In this document: positions 46,863 through 55,901 of the stretch, piece after piece
How positions within the stretch are numbered: the first letter of the stretch is position 1
Layout of the letters: each line of letters opens with the position of its first letter
Assembly: GCA_029554865.1 (NCBI GenBank)
Contig: JAKPUX010000092.1
Coordinates: 19,915 to 83,914 of the forward strand
DNA length: 64,000 bases
Direction of reading: 5' to 3'
Origin: a bacterium
Lineage (GTDB): Bacteria; Zhuqueibacterota; Zhuqueibacteria; Residuimicrobiales; Residuimicrobiaceae
Position numbers and translations under genes: made by a program
Notes under the pieces: generated by a model
Told to the model about the DNA's origin: nothing
Seen by the model: only the letters and a program-made list of their open reading frames with translations
The model's database searches: none

Positions 46863-49172
46863 TTAATAATGGTAATAGCTGTAGTTCTGCACCAGCTGGG
46901 TGTCGGAGCTGTTGAGGACCGCACCGACCAGTTTGACAGGGACGGTATGAAAGATTTCCATCTTCTCCTTGGCCTTGCCGATTTTGGTCTTGCCCGCGCG
47001 CACAACCAGCACGACGGCGTTGACCTGGGTGCCCAACACGACAGCATCGGTCGCCGCATCCAGAGGGGGCGTATCGAAGAGGACGATATCGAACTTGCGG
47101 CTCGCCTCGTCAAGGAAGCGGCGCATCAGGGGCGAACCCAGCAGCTCAGAGGGGTTGGGCAGCAGCACCCCGCAGCTGATGAAGGAGAGATTGGGCACGT
47201 GGGTCTGCTGTACGATCGAGGAGAGGGTGACGCTGGAACTGAGATAGTTGGCCAGCCCCGGCTCGCGGTGCATCTGAAAGGTGTTGTGCAGCACCCCGCG
47301 GCGGAGATCGGCGTCGACCAGCAGGGTGTTGGTGCGCTGCTGGGCGAAGATGATCGCCAGATTCGAAGCGGTGAAGGACTTGCCCTCCTCCGGGGCGACG
47401 CTGGTGATGGCGATGGAGTGGGGCCGCTCGTGGGTCCGCGAAAAAATGATCTGGGTGCGCAGGGAGCGGTAGGCCTCACCGATCGGGGTGGGCGAATAAT
47501 CATGGGTCACCAGCTGCCGGTCGATCTGCTTGGCCTTTTCATGATCGTGATACTCGGGGATGTCCTTGAAATCCACATTGGGGATCGCCCCAAGCACCTT
47601 GAGATTGAGGTGGCGCTCCACATCCCCGGGGGTGCGGATGTGGCGGTCGGCAAGATCGATCCCGAGCGACAGCGCCAGCCCCGCCACCAGGCCGAGCGCG
47701 GCCCCGATAAAGATCTTGGTCGACTGGCTCGGGTTGATCGGCACGGTCGGCTTGATCGCCCGGTCCAGAACCGCAATGTCCTCGCCCTCGCCACCGTCGG
47801 CGATCTCCAGCTTTTGCAGCTTGGTGTAAAGGGCAGTGTAATGGTCCTCGCTGACCTTCTTGTTGCGTTCCAGCTCCATCAGACGATACTCGTCCTCAGG
47901 CAGCATGCGCTGCTGGGACTGGATATCCGCCATCTTGATCCGGGTCTCGCTCTCCTTTTGCGCCAGGGTGTTGCGGTAATTGGAGGCGAAGGCGATGATG
48001 TTGTCCTGGGTCTCGCGGATGCTCGTGCGCAGGCTGACCAGGGGGGCATAATCGTTCGAATAGTCGCGCATCAGATCCTGGAGCTGCTTCTCCTGGCTGT
48101 CGAGCTGATCGCGCAGCAGGGCCAGGGCGGGCTCATCGCGCATGGCGGAAAAATTGGCGAGCTGGCGGACGATCAGCCGCCGGTACTGCTCCGGGTCCGA
48201 ACCGACCACCGGCTCGCCCAGCTTCTCGAGGAGCTGGGTCAGCTGCTGGCGCTGCTGGGGGATCTCGCGCAGGGTATAGCTGTTGCGCTGCATCTCGTCG
48301 AGGATGGTCTTCTTGGCGGCATCGAGGGAGAGGGGATACTTGGAATAGAAATTGCGCAGATCGGCATCGGCCGCACGCACTTTCTCGGCGGCGACCTCGA
48401 GGCTGCCCTCGAGCCGCTTGCGATAAGAGTTGGCATCCCGGTCCCTGAGCATCAGGGTCTCCTGGACGTAGATGTCGGCGATCTGGTTGAGCTGGTCGGC
48501 GAGATGATCGCGGTCCTCCCCCTTGATGGTCAGCTTCATCAGGTTTCCGTTCTTGCTCACCTCGGCGGTGACCATGGTGTTCAGTTCGGCGACCGCCCGC
48601 TCGAAGGGACGGATCTTGAAGGTGACGAACTGGGAGTGCTCAACCCACTTGGGATTGAGACGGAAAGTGAAACCTTCGTAGGTGTACTCGCGGGAGATGA
48701 CATCCCAGACGCTCATGCTGTCCAGCAGGGTCTCCTCGGGATAGTCGACCGAAAAAATGGAGAAGGTACCGTTGTCATCGACCTGGATCTTGTACTTGCC
48801 CGGGGTCGGACTGGTGGTGGTATGAAACTCGCTGAAAACATCGCCGAGGGGGCCGGCCTTGGTCCCCATCTGCAGGGCCAGGCCCATACGCGCAGCGACG
48901 CGCTCGGCAAAGCTGCGGCTGCGCAGCTCGGCCTGACGATCACGGCTGAGAATGCTCTCGGCATCGGAGTCGAAACTGCGGGTTTTGATGGTGGCAAAGG
49001 TGCTGTAGACCGGCTTTTCGTTCTTGGAGTCCCAGAAAAACCAGGCCGCGCCGATGAGGGTCAGAAGCAAGATGATCCACTTGCGCTTCCAGAACCCGTT
49101 GAAAAACTTGCCGAAATCCATGGGAGTGGACTGCTGCTCGCCGGCGGGCATTAAAAGATCGAGATCATCCAT
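46863..49172 (-). CDS. wzc: Polysaccharide co-polymerase / BY-kinase (Wzc/GumC/EpsB-like)
   Basis: 769 aa. N-terminal TM helix, a long coiled-coil periplasmic region, a second TM helix, a Walker-A P-loop (SVAPEEGKS) and a Tyr-rich C-terminal tail (NYSYYHY). Confidence 0.9.
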   Translation of the reverse strand: MDDLDLLMPAGEQQSTPMDFGKFFNGFWKRKWIILLLTLIGAAWFFWDSKNEKPVYSTFATIKTRSFDSDAESILSRDRQAELRSRSFAERVAARMGLALQMGTKAGPLGDVFSEFHTTTSPTPGKYKIQVDDNGTFSIFSVDYPEETLLDSMSVWDVISREYTYEGFTFRLNPKWVEHSQFVTFKIRPFERAVAELNTMVTAEVSKNGNLMKLTIKGEDRDHLADQLNQIADIYVQETLMLRDRDANSYRKRLEGSLEVAAEKVRAADADLRNFYSKYPLSLDAAKKTILDEMQRNSYTLREIPQQRQQLTQLLEKLGEPVVGSDPEQYRRLIVRQLANFSAMRDEPALALLRDQLDSQEKQLQDLMRDYSNDYAPLVSLRTSIRETQDNIIAFASNYRNTLAQKESETRIKMADIQSQQRMLPEDEYRLMELERNKKVSEDHYTALYTKLQKLEIADGGEGEDIAVLDRAIKPTVPINPSQSTKIFIGAALGLVAGLALSLGIDLADRHIRTPGDVERHLNLKVLGAIPNVDFKDIPEYHDHEKAKQIDRQLVTHDYSPTPIGEAYRSLRTQIIFSRTHERPHSIAITSVAPEEGKSFTASNLAIIFAQQRTNTLLVDADLRRGVLHNTFQMHREPGLANYLSSSVTLSSIVQQTHVPNLSFISCGVLLPNPSELLGSPLMRRFLDEASRKFDIVLFDTPPLDAATDAVVLGTQVNAVVLVVRAGKTKIGKAKEKMEIFHTVPVKLVGAVLNSSDTQLVQNYSYYHY

Positions 49173-49187
49173 GTCAGCAAAAAACCG

Positions 49188-49895
49188 TTAGAGGGAATTT
49201 GAATTGTCATTCCTGTTATAATTGATCAGGACAAAATAAAAGGTGAACAGGGACATGGCGAACTGGATGTAGCGGATGATGGTATCGAACGAAAGCCGGT
49301 TCACCCGCGGGGCGACGATTTCATCGCCCGACTGCAGCCCGAGTTCGTAAAGCGACTGGCCGCGATAAAAGGCATCCCCGAATCCGCGATAGAGCGCCTG
49401 GCCGTTGCGCAGAATGAACATATCCTCATAGGAAGAGAGCGAGTGCAGCCCCCCCACCTCCTTGATCACCTCCCAGAAGGAGATGTTGGGATTGAAGCGG
49501 TAGAGTCCGGGCTGGCTAAAGCCCCCCTTGAGTTCGAGGCGGATGAGGGGGACGACGATGATGAAGGGGTCCTTGGCGAAGGGCTTGAACTTTTCCTGCA
49601 GGACCTGGGCGATCTCCTCTGCCTTGAGCCCCGCGATCTGCACGCGGCCGAGGGGGCCCAGGGTGATCTGGCCCAGGCCGTCGACGACGAACTCCTTGTC
49701 GTGATAATTGCTGACGAACTTACCCTTCTCCGAGGGGAAGAGATTCTCGTAGATGTAGAGATGAATCGCATCGCCCGGGGTCACCCGCAGCGCCTCGGGA
49801 GAGAACTCGGGCGATGCGGTTTGGGCATTTCCCTGAACGGCGCCGAGCAGCAGGGCCGCCATATACCCGTAAACAAAGAACAACGGGCGTTTCAT
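49188..49895 (-). CDS. wza: Polysaccharide export protein (Wza/Poly_export + SLBB-like)
   Basis: 235 aa. The signal peptide and LRVTPGDAIHLYIYEN...VVDGLGQITLGPLGRVQIAGLKAEEIAQVL match the Poly_export domain consensus. Confidence 0.8.
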   Translation of the reverse strand: MKRPLFFVYGYMAALLLGAVQGNAQTASPEFSPEALRVTPGDAIHLYIYENLFPSEKGKFVSNYHDKEFVVDGLGQITLGPLGRVQIAGLKAEEIAQVLQEKFKPFAKDPFIIVVPLIRLELKGGFSQPGLYRFNPNISFWEVIKEVGGLHSLSSYEDMFILRNGQALYRGFGDAFYRGQSLYELGLQSGDEIVAPRVNRLSFDTIIRYIQFAMSLFTFYFVLINYNRNDNSNSL

Positions 49896-49986
49896 TTCAA
49901 TCTCCTCTTCTGTATGCCGCCAGGAAACCCGGCGAGTGGAGGAACGGGAACAAGGGATCCAAGGCCTTCCGGCCGGAGGAGCCGGA

Positions 49987-50715
49987 TCAGCGGGAGCGGT
50001 AAAAGCGGTAGCGCTTCGCCCTGGTCTCCAGTCCGAGCCGCTTCAGGATGCCGCGCAGCTTGAAAAACCCGATTCGTGTATAGCCGAACCTGGGCGAGTT
50101 GAGCTGCCGCTTGATGCCCCAGGGCGTCATGAGCGGGTTCTCGGTCACCAGCTTTTTGATTTTTTCGTTGAGAGGCAGATCGACATCGTCGATGCCTCGG
50201 CCTCGGGCGATGGTGATATTGCGGTTGGTGCGGCTTTCCTTGTTCGCCGGGGGGATGTAATCAGCGGGATTTTCGACAACACGATCCGTCTCCCAGGCCG
50301 GCACCGCCTTGCCGGCGGCGGCCCCTTCTGCCAGGGAGGCCCGCAAATCCACGCCCTGACAAAAGTCGTAATCGTCAATGGCCTCTTCGAGCGAGTCGTA
50401 GCAGGTCAGGATCCGATTGAACTCGAGCATTTCGAACACTTCATTCACTTCCGGGATCATCTGAATAATTTTGAGATCACCGCCCTGCTCGCGCAGGCCG
50501 CGAATCTCCCCAACAAATACCCCCCACCCCGCGCTGCTGACATAGTTAACCGCCCCCAGATCGATGATGATCTGGGTGACCCCGTCGTGAATGATCTCGG
50601 TCAGCATGCGCTGCAATTCAGGAGAGGTCGTCGTATCCACATAGCCCCGGACCCGGAACAAGCCGATATCGCGCAGGGCGCCGACACGGTCTACTGTTAT
50701 TTCTATACCATCCAT
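49987..50715 (-). CDS. STAS-domain protein (anti-sigma-factor-antagonist-like) with a basic, putatively DNA-binding C-terminal extension
   Basis: The N-terminal roughly 110 aa match the SpoIIAA/STAS fold (GYVDTTTSPELQRML...IIIDLGAVNYVSSAGWGV). The C-terminal roughly 70 aa are Lys/Arg-rich with a helix-turn-helix-like stretch. This is the first gene of the wza–wzc operon. Confidence 0.6.
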   Translation of the reverse strand: MDGIEITVDRVGALRDIGLFRVRGYVDTTTSPELQRMLTEIIHDGVTQIIIDLGAVNYVSSAGWGVFVGEIRGLREQGGDLKIIQMIPEVNEVFEMLEFNRILTCYDSLEEAIDDYDFCQGVDLRASLAEGAAAGKAVPAWETDRVVENPADYIPPANKESRTNRNITIARGRGIDDVDLPLNEKIKKLVTENPLMTPWGIKRQLNSPRFGYTRIGFFKLRGILKRLGLETRAKRYRFYRSR

Positions 50716-51017
50716 CCAATGCCTGTTTGCTTGAAGACGCCATGACCGGACGCGCAGCCGGGCATTCCTCTCCCCGTAACCCGGCGCGGCCGTTAGCCCT
50801 CTTTATGCAAAGTTAATGCCAGCAAATCTGCGGCCAGGCCATCGTTCCCGCGGTTCGCGCCGCAGGATGCTGAAGGTCTATCTACTTGTAACTTTTTATA
50901 TTAAAAGATGGTGCCGCCGCAAGCCCCCGCGTTCGCTGCCGCCGGTTTTGCCCCGCCGTCGCCCTTTTTTGTCGTTCTGCAAGACATATTTGTATCAGAT
51001 TGAAACACAATCTCAAG

Positions 51018-51042
51018 CCGGGGGCAAAACAAAAACCCCCGG
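51018..51042 (-). terminator. Putative intrinsic terminator downstream of glgA
   Basis: A 7-bp GC stem (CCGGGGG...CCCCCGG) with an 11-nt loop lies about 85 nt after the glgA stop. The following sequence on the minus strand is only moderately T-rich. Confidence 0.35.
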
Positions 51043-51127
51043 GATCCAGGGGTATTTGCCCGGGCATGCCGGATGTCTGAGGGGAGGATAGCGAGTCGCA
51101 GGAGGCGGGCCGGGAATTTTATCCGGC

Positions 51128-52621
51128 CTATTTTTTCTTCTTGGCCGTTTCCAGTTTGAGATAGAGCCTGATATATTTGTCGGCGGCGAGCTGCCATGAG
51201 AAATCCTGCTTCATGCAGCGTTTGATCAGCTTCTGCCAGCCCTTCTCGTCGCGGAAAGCCTCGACCGCGCGGCGCACTGCATCGACCATCGCCTTGGCTT
51301 TATATTCAGCGAAAACAAAGCCATTGCCGTTAGTGGGATCCGCATCGGCGTCGATGATGGTGTCGGCCAGGCCTCCGGTCTTGCGCACGATCGGGATGGT
51401 GCCGTATTTGAGGCTGTACATCTGATTGAGGCCGCAGGGCTCGTAGAGCGAGGGCATCAGGAACATATCGCTGCCCGCCTCAATCAGGTGGGCGAGGGTA
51501 TCATCAAATTTGAGAAAGAGGGCCACCTGCTTGGGATGGGCCTTGGCCAGTTTTTCGAGCTGCTTGTGATAGACGGGATCGCCGGTGCCGAGGATGACCA
51601 GCTGGATCTTGAGCTTGAGCAGGTCGTCGATCGCCGCGGCGACGAGGTCGAACCCCTTCTGACTGGTCAGCCTGGAGATCATGCCGACGACGGGCACCGT
51701 CGGATCGAAGGGAAAGCCGGCCTCCTTGGCGAGGGCCTTTTTATTCTTCTCCTTGTCCTTGAGGGTCGCAGCACTGTATTTGACCGGAATAAGAGCATCC
51801 TTCTCGGGATTCCAGATGCCGTAATCGACTCCATTAAGGATGCCGCACAGGTCCTCCTTGCGCTCCAGCAGCACACCCTGCAGGCCGCAGCCCAGTTCGG
51901 GATCGCTCTGAATCTCCGCGGAGTAGGTCGGGCTGACCGTGGTGATCAGATCGGCGCTCCTGATCCCGGCCTTGAGAAAGCTGACCTTGCCATAAAACTC
52001 GAGATCGGTGCCCGCCTGGCCGAGCTCCGCCGCCAGCCCCAGCTCGGGAAGCACGCTCTGCGGAAAAATCCCCTGAAAGGCGAGATTGTGGATGGAGAGC
52101 ACCGTGATCGCCTTGGCGAAAAAGGGATCATCCTGGTAGTGGTTCTTCAACAGCCAGGGGATGAGGGCGGTCTGCCAGTCATTGCAGTGGATGATGTGGG
52201 GTTCCCAGTGCAGCAGCTTGATCGTTTCCAGAACCGCCTTGCAAAAGAGGAAAAAGCGCTGGGCGTTGTCGGGAAAGTCCTTGCCGGTGGCGGAGTCGAC
52301 GTAGTAATCGCTGCGTTCGAAGAAGGGCTTGTAATCGAGGAAATAGACCTGGACCTTGGTCTCGGGAAGAAAAGCCGATTTGGCGCTGACGACATGTTCC
52401 TGACCGCCGACGCCGATGGGGATGTCCTTGAGACGGATGACCTCACGCAGGGTATAGCGCCTTTCGCTGATGTTGCCATATTTGGGCATCATCACCCGGA
52501 CATCATGCCCCTGCTCAAAGAGAGCCTTGGGAAGAGCGCTGGCGACATCGGCCAGCCCCCCGGTCTTGGCAAATGGTGCTACTTCAGTCGATAGATAGAG
52601 AACCCTCAGCCGGTTTTTCAT
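51128..52621 (-). CDS. glgA: Glycogen synthase (ADP-glucose type, GT5)
   Basis: 497 aa. VLYLSTEVAPFAKTGGLADV is the GlgA N-terminal signature. Confidence 0.92.
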   Translation of the reverse strand: MKNRLRVLYLSTEVAPFAKTGGLADVASALPKALFEQGHDVRVMMPKYGNISERRYTLREVIRLKDIPIGVGGQEHVVSAKSAFLPETKVQVYFLDYKPFFERSDYYVDSATGKDFPDNAQRFFLFCKAVLETIKLLHWEPHIIHCNDWQTALIPWLLKNHYQDDPFFAKAITVLSIHNLAFQGIFPQSVLPELGLAAELGQAGTDLEFYGKVSFLKAGIRSADLITTVSPTYSAEIQSDPELGCGLQGVLLERKEDLCGILNGVDYGIWNPEKDALIPVKYSAATLKDKEKNKKALAKEAGFPFDPTVPVVGMISRLTSQKGFDLVAAAIDDLLKLKIQLVILGTGDPVYHKQLEKLAKAHPKQVALFLKFDDTLAHLIEAGSDMFLMPSLYEPCGLNQMYSLKYGTIPIVRKTGGLADTIIDADADPTNGNGFVFAEYKAKAMVDAVRRAVEAFRDEKGWQKLIKRCMKQDFSWQLAADKYIRLYLKLETAKKKK

Positions 52622-52725
52622 CCTTGTTCAGTCCGATTTTTTGCACGAGGTGACGGAATTGACGAGATGTAAGGTCAAGAAAGTTCTGGTCTTAATAAAT
52701 TATTAAAAATTCATGACAAATGCAA

Positions 52726-52754
52726 TAAAAAAAAGGGTGGCGCCAGCGCCACCC
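52726..52754 (-). terminator. Rho-independent terminator of the TPR-lipoprotein gene
   Basis: On the minus strand, GGGTGGCGC-TG-GCGCCACCC (a 9-bp perfect stem) is followed by a run of 9 T, about 50 nt after the stop codon. Confidence 0.65.
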
Positions 52755-52805
52755 TGATGGAAAACTCCTGCCCCCGGACGGGACGAGCCTGCCGGTCCCC
52801 CCGCC

Positions 52806-53597
52806 TCACAGGGTCTGCAGATAGTACTGCGCCCGGGAGATGAACTCACTCTCGGGATAGGTATCGACCAGCTTCTGAAACTCGGCTTTGGCCTTTTCGA
52901 CATTGCCGATGCGGGTGTAGCAGAGCCCAAGCTTGAGCTGGGCGTCGTCATTCTTGTCGGAATCGTTGAAGGTGAAGATCTTTTCGAATTCAACGATCGC
53001 CTGGTTGTAGGCGCGCATGCCGTAGTAGCACTCCCCGATCCAGTACTGGCAGTTGTCGGCGAGCTTGTGGCTCGAATCGGTCGAGAGCAGGGCGGCGAAT
53101 TCCTGAATGGCCTCCTTGTAGCGGCGGGATTCATAGAGGGCGCGCGCCCGGTCATAGCGCTCCTGAAAGGTGCCGCTGCCGGAGACGGGGGTCCGGACCG
53201 GCTTGATCTCCATCGGCGGTTCGGCGCTCTCCGCCGCGTTGAGCTGGCGGTCGCGCTCGGCCAGCTCCGCCTTGAGATTGGCGATCTCGATGTCCCTCTC
53301 CTTGAGGGCCTCCTCGAGCCGCTTGCGATCCTCTTCGAGACCCGCTGCAGTGGGCTGAGGGGCCGCCTCGACGGCGCTCTCACTCTTGTTGAGGCCGAGC
53401 AGTCGCATCACCTCGTCCTCGTCGCTGCTCTTGTTCGCCGTCTGGGTGTCTGTGGTGGCCTTCTCTTCAGCACCGGAGAGGGCAGCCTGTTCTGTAGCCA
53501 ACGAGACCTGCCGGGAGCTGCTGCAGCCGCTCCACACCACAACCATCGCCGCTAACGCCATCCCGCCGAGAATCCTGACAATAGGCTCTCTTTTCAT
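52806..53597 (-). CDS. Tetratricopeptide-repeat lipoprotein, YbgF/CpoB-like (coiled coil + C-terminal TPR)
   Basis: 263 aa. The lipobox is ...VVVWSGC. A central coiled coil (LEEALKERDIEIANLKAELAERDRQL) and a C-terminal TPR region resembling YbgF are present. Confidence 0.6.
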   Translation of the reverse strand: MKREPIVRILGGMALAAMVVVWSGCSSSRQVSLATEQAALSGAEEKATTDTQTANKSSDEDEVMRLLGLNKSESAVEAAPQPTAAGLEEDRKRLEEALKERDIEIANLKAELAERDRQLNAAESAEPPMEIKPVRTPVSGSGTFQERYDRARALYESRRYKEAIQEFAALLSTDSSHKLADNCQYWIGECYYGMRAYNQAIVEFEKIFTFNDSDKNDDAQLKLGLCYTRIGNVEKAKAEFQKLVDTYPESEFISRAQYYLQTL

Positions 53598-53752
53598 ACA
53601 TCTCTCCTACAGATCTTGAGTGGCAGTTGATACCCGTGTGCCAGATGCAAAGATGCAGGGCCGGATCCATACGGCCTCAAAAGGGCAAAAAAGTACTATT
53701 TTTACCTAACTTAAAATATCATTGTCGCCCTTTAAAGTCAAGAAATATTTTA

Positions 53753-54574
53753 TTATTTACCTGGCGCCGCCCCCACCCGCTCCCGGCGCTCCTGCCGGAC
53801 CAGCAAAAAGATGCCGATGACGATAAAGGCCAGGCTGATCCCCTGGTTCATGCTCAACCCCTTGGCCCCGAGCGGAAGCAGGATCATCGAACTCTCATAG
53901 TAGCGGAAGAGGTCGATGATAAAGCGGCCGACTCCGTAAAAGATGAAAAAGAGATAGAGCAGAAAGCCGTCGTATTTGGGCTTGCGGTCGATGACCAGCA
54001 TGATGATGAAGACGAGCAGGGCATAGGCCGAGGAGTAGAGCTGGGCGGGATGGATGTGGATGCCCTGGTACATCGCCCCGGCCGGACTGTCGGGAGGAAA
54101 GACCACGCACAGGGGGCCGTCACAGGGGATGCCGTAACAGCAGCCGTTCAGGTAGCAGCCGATGCGCGTGATGGCCTCACCGAGAAAGAAGAGGGGGATG
54201 ATGGTGTCGGCAATCCGGAGAATGGGCTGCTTTTTGGCGCGCAGATAGAGCAGGGAGCAGACGACGGCAAGGACCACCCCGCCGAGCATGGTCAGGCCGG
54301 CGATGCCGATCTGGCCGTTGCTCTGAAAGGGATTGAAGGTGTCGGTCCAGTGGCCGGCGAACTCGTCGAGGTGAAAGATGACATACATAAAGCGCGCCCC
54401 GATGATCGAGGCGAGGATGATCACCACCGAAAGATCCATGATCTTCTCGGGATCGATCCCGCGCTTGCGGCCGCGCCGCACCGCCAGATAGATGCCGAGG
54501 AGAAAGGAGATGGCGAGGGCGAATCCGTAGGAACGCATCTCGAAGGCGCCGATTTTAAAGAGCACGGGGTGCAT
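53753..54574 (-). CDS. lgt: Prolipoprotein diacylglyceryl transferase
   Basis: 273 aa. The Lgt signature region (GLTMLGGVVLAVVCSLLYLR...GEAITRIGCYLNGCCYG) is present. Confidence 0.9.
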   Translation of the reverse strand: MHPVLFKIGAFEMRSYGFALAISFLLGIYLAVRRGRKRGIDPEKIMDLSVVIILASIIGARFMYVIFHLDEFAGHWTDTFNPFQSNGQIGIAGLTMLGGVVLAVVCSLLYLRAKKQPILRIADTIIPLFFLGEAITRIGCYLNGCCYGIPCDGPLCVVFPPDSPAGAMYQGIHIHPAQLYSSAYALLVFIIMLVIDRKPKYDGFLLYLFFIFYGVGRFIIDLFRYYESSMILLPLGAKGLSMNQGISLAFIVIGIFLLVRQERRERVGAAPGK

Positions 54575-54667
54575 GAAAATTCCTCCGCAAGAGAGTGATC
54601 AGCAGTGGTTCCGAGGGAGAACGCCGGAGTGCAGGCTACAGTCCCGCCGCCGATGTTTCAGCCGGAA

Positions 54668-55891
54668 TCAGAAATAACGCTGGGTGATGGCGTTCGAAAG
54701 CAGGGCCGCCATGGTCATATTGGTCAACATCGCCGACCCCCCGTAGCTGATAAAGGGGAGTGGGACCCCCGTCACCGGCATGATTCCCATGGTCATGCCG
54801 AGATTGACGATCGCCTGAAAAGCGAAAATGGTCGCCATACCCATCGCGGCCAGGCTGGCGAAACGGTAGCTGCTGGAAGCGGCGATCTTGATGGCGCGCA
54901 TGATGAAAACAAAAAAGAGGGCGAGGACGGCCAGCGAACCGATAAAGCCCCACTCCTCAGCGAGCACGGAAAAGATGAAATCGGTATGCTGCGCCGGCAG
55001 AAAACGCAGCTGGGTCTGGGTGCCGTGCAGCAGCCCCTTGCCGAAAATACCCCCGGAGCCGATCGCCACCATCGACTGGATGATCTGATAGCCCACTCCG
55101 CGCGGATCCTCGACCAGCCCGAGAAAGGTGAGGATGCGCTGCTGCTGATAGCCATGCAGGCCGCTCCACACCAGGGGGGAGAGGGTGCCGACGAAGACAT
55201 TCATCACAAAAACCGTCCAGGCCACCCGCTTGCCGCGCCGGGAGAGATAGAGGACCACGCTGATGAGCAGAATGACGGCGCTGAAGGCGTAATAATTGAA
55301 CGAGGCCAGAAAGGCAAAGAGGGGCGCAACCACGACAAAGATGGTGAAGGGACTGAGGCCGCGCCAGTAGAGCACCGGGATGACCATCGAAAGATAGACC
55401 AGACTGGTGCCGAGATCGGGCTGTTTGAGCACCAGCACAAAGGGGGCGAGGACGATGGCGAAGGCAATGAGCAGGTTCTTCAGCCGGTTGGGATTGGCAT
55501 GCTCAGGCGAAAGAAAGCGGGCCAGGGTCAGCACCACTATCGGCTTCATGAACTCTGAGGGCTGAACCTTGATCCCTCCCACCTCGAACCAGCGCTGCGC
55601 CCCGCCGCTGATCGAACCCACCAGATCGATGCCCAGAATCATCACCAGCAGGATGCCGTAAAGGGGATAGGCGAGCGAGAAGATGATATGCAGCGGCACA
55701 TAGGTGAGGGCGAAGAAGAGCAGCAAACCGGCCACAACCCAGATGATCTGCTTGTAAAAATTGTCATGGATCGCCGCCACCCTGCTGCCATGGGTCGCGC
55801 TGTAAACCGCCAGCAGACTGAAGAGGGAAAAAAGCAGGACGCAGATCAGGATGACCTTGTCCACCCGGGTATTGCGGATCTCATCGAGCAT
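54668..55891 (-). CDS. rodA: SEDS-family peptidoglycan glycosyltransferase RodA
   Basis: Start at MLDEIRNTRVDKVIL. The 65-aa extension in the track overlaps mrdA and looks like noise. It lies 10 nt downstream of mrdA, and SEDS motifs are present. Confidence 0.85.
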   Translation of the reverse strand: MLDEIRNTRVDKVILICVLLFSLFSLLAVYSATHGSRVAAIHDNFYKQIIWVVAGLLLFFALTYVPLHIIFSLAYPLYGILLVMILGIDLVGSISGGAQRWFEVGGIKVQPSEFMKPIVVLTLARFLSPEHANPNRLKNLLIAFAIVLAPFVLVLKQPDLGTSLVYLSMVIPVLYWRGLSPFTIFVVVAPLFAFLASFNYYAFSAVILLISVVLYLSRRGKRVAWTVFVMNVFVGTLSPLVWSGLHGYQQQRILTFLGLVEDPRGVGYQIIQSMVAIGSGGIFGKGLLHGTQTQLRFLPAQHTDFIFSVLAEEWGFIGSLAVLALFFVFIMRAIKIAASSSYRFASLAAMGMATIFAFQAIVNLGMTMGIMPVTGVPLPFISYGGSAMLTNMTMAALLSNAITQRYF

Positions 55892-55901
55892 GGTGCACTC
55901 T

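Noticed and set aside
46869-49154. 761-aa plus-strand ORF antisense to wzc
   Set aside because: Low-complexity Gly/Ala/Leu/Asp composition, fully contained in the strongly supported Wzc gene, and no family signature.
50921-50975. Possible hairpin GCCGG-TTTTG-CCCCGCCGTCGCC followed by T6 in the STAS–glgA intergenic region
   Set aside because: I could not find convincingly complementary arms on manual inspection. Only the nearby 51018-51042 hairpin is reported.
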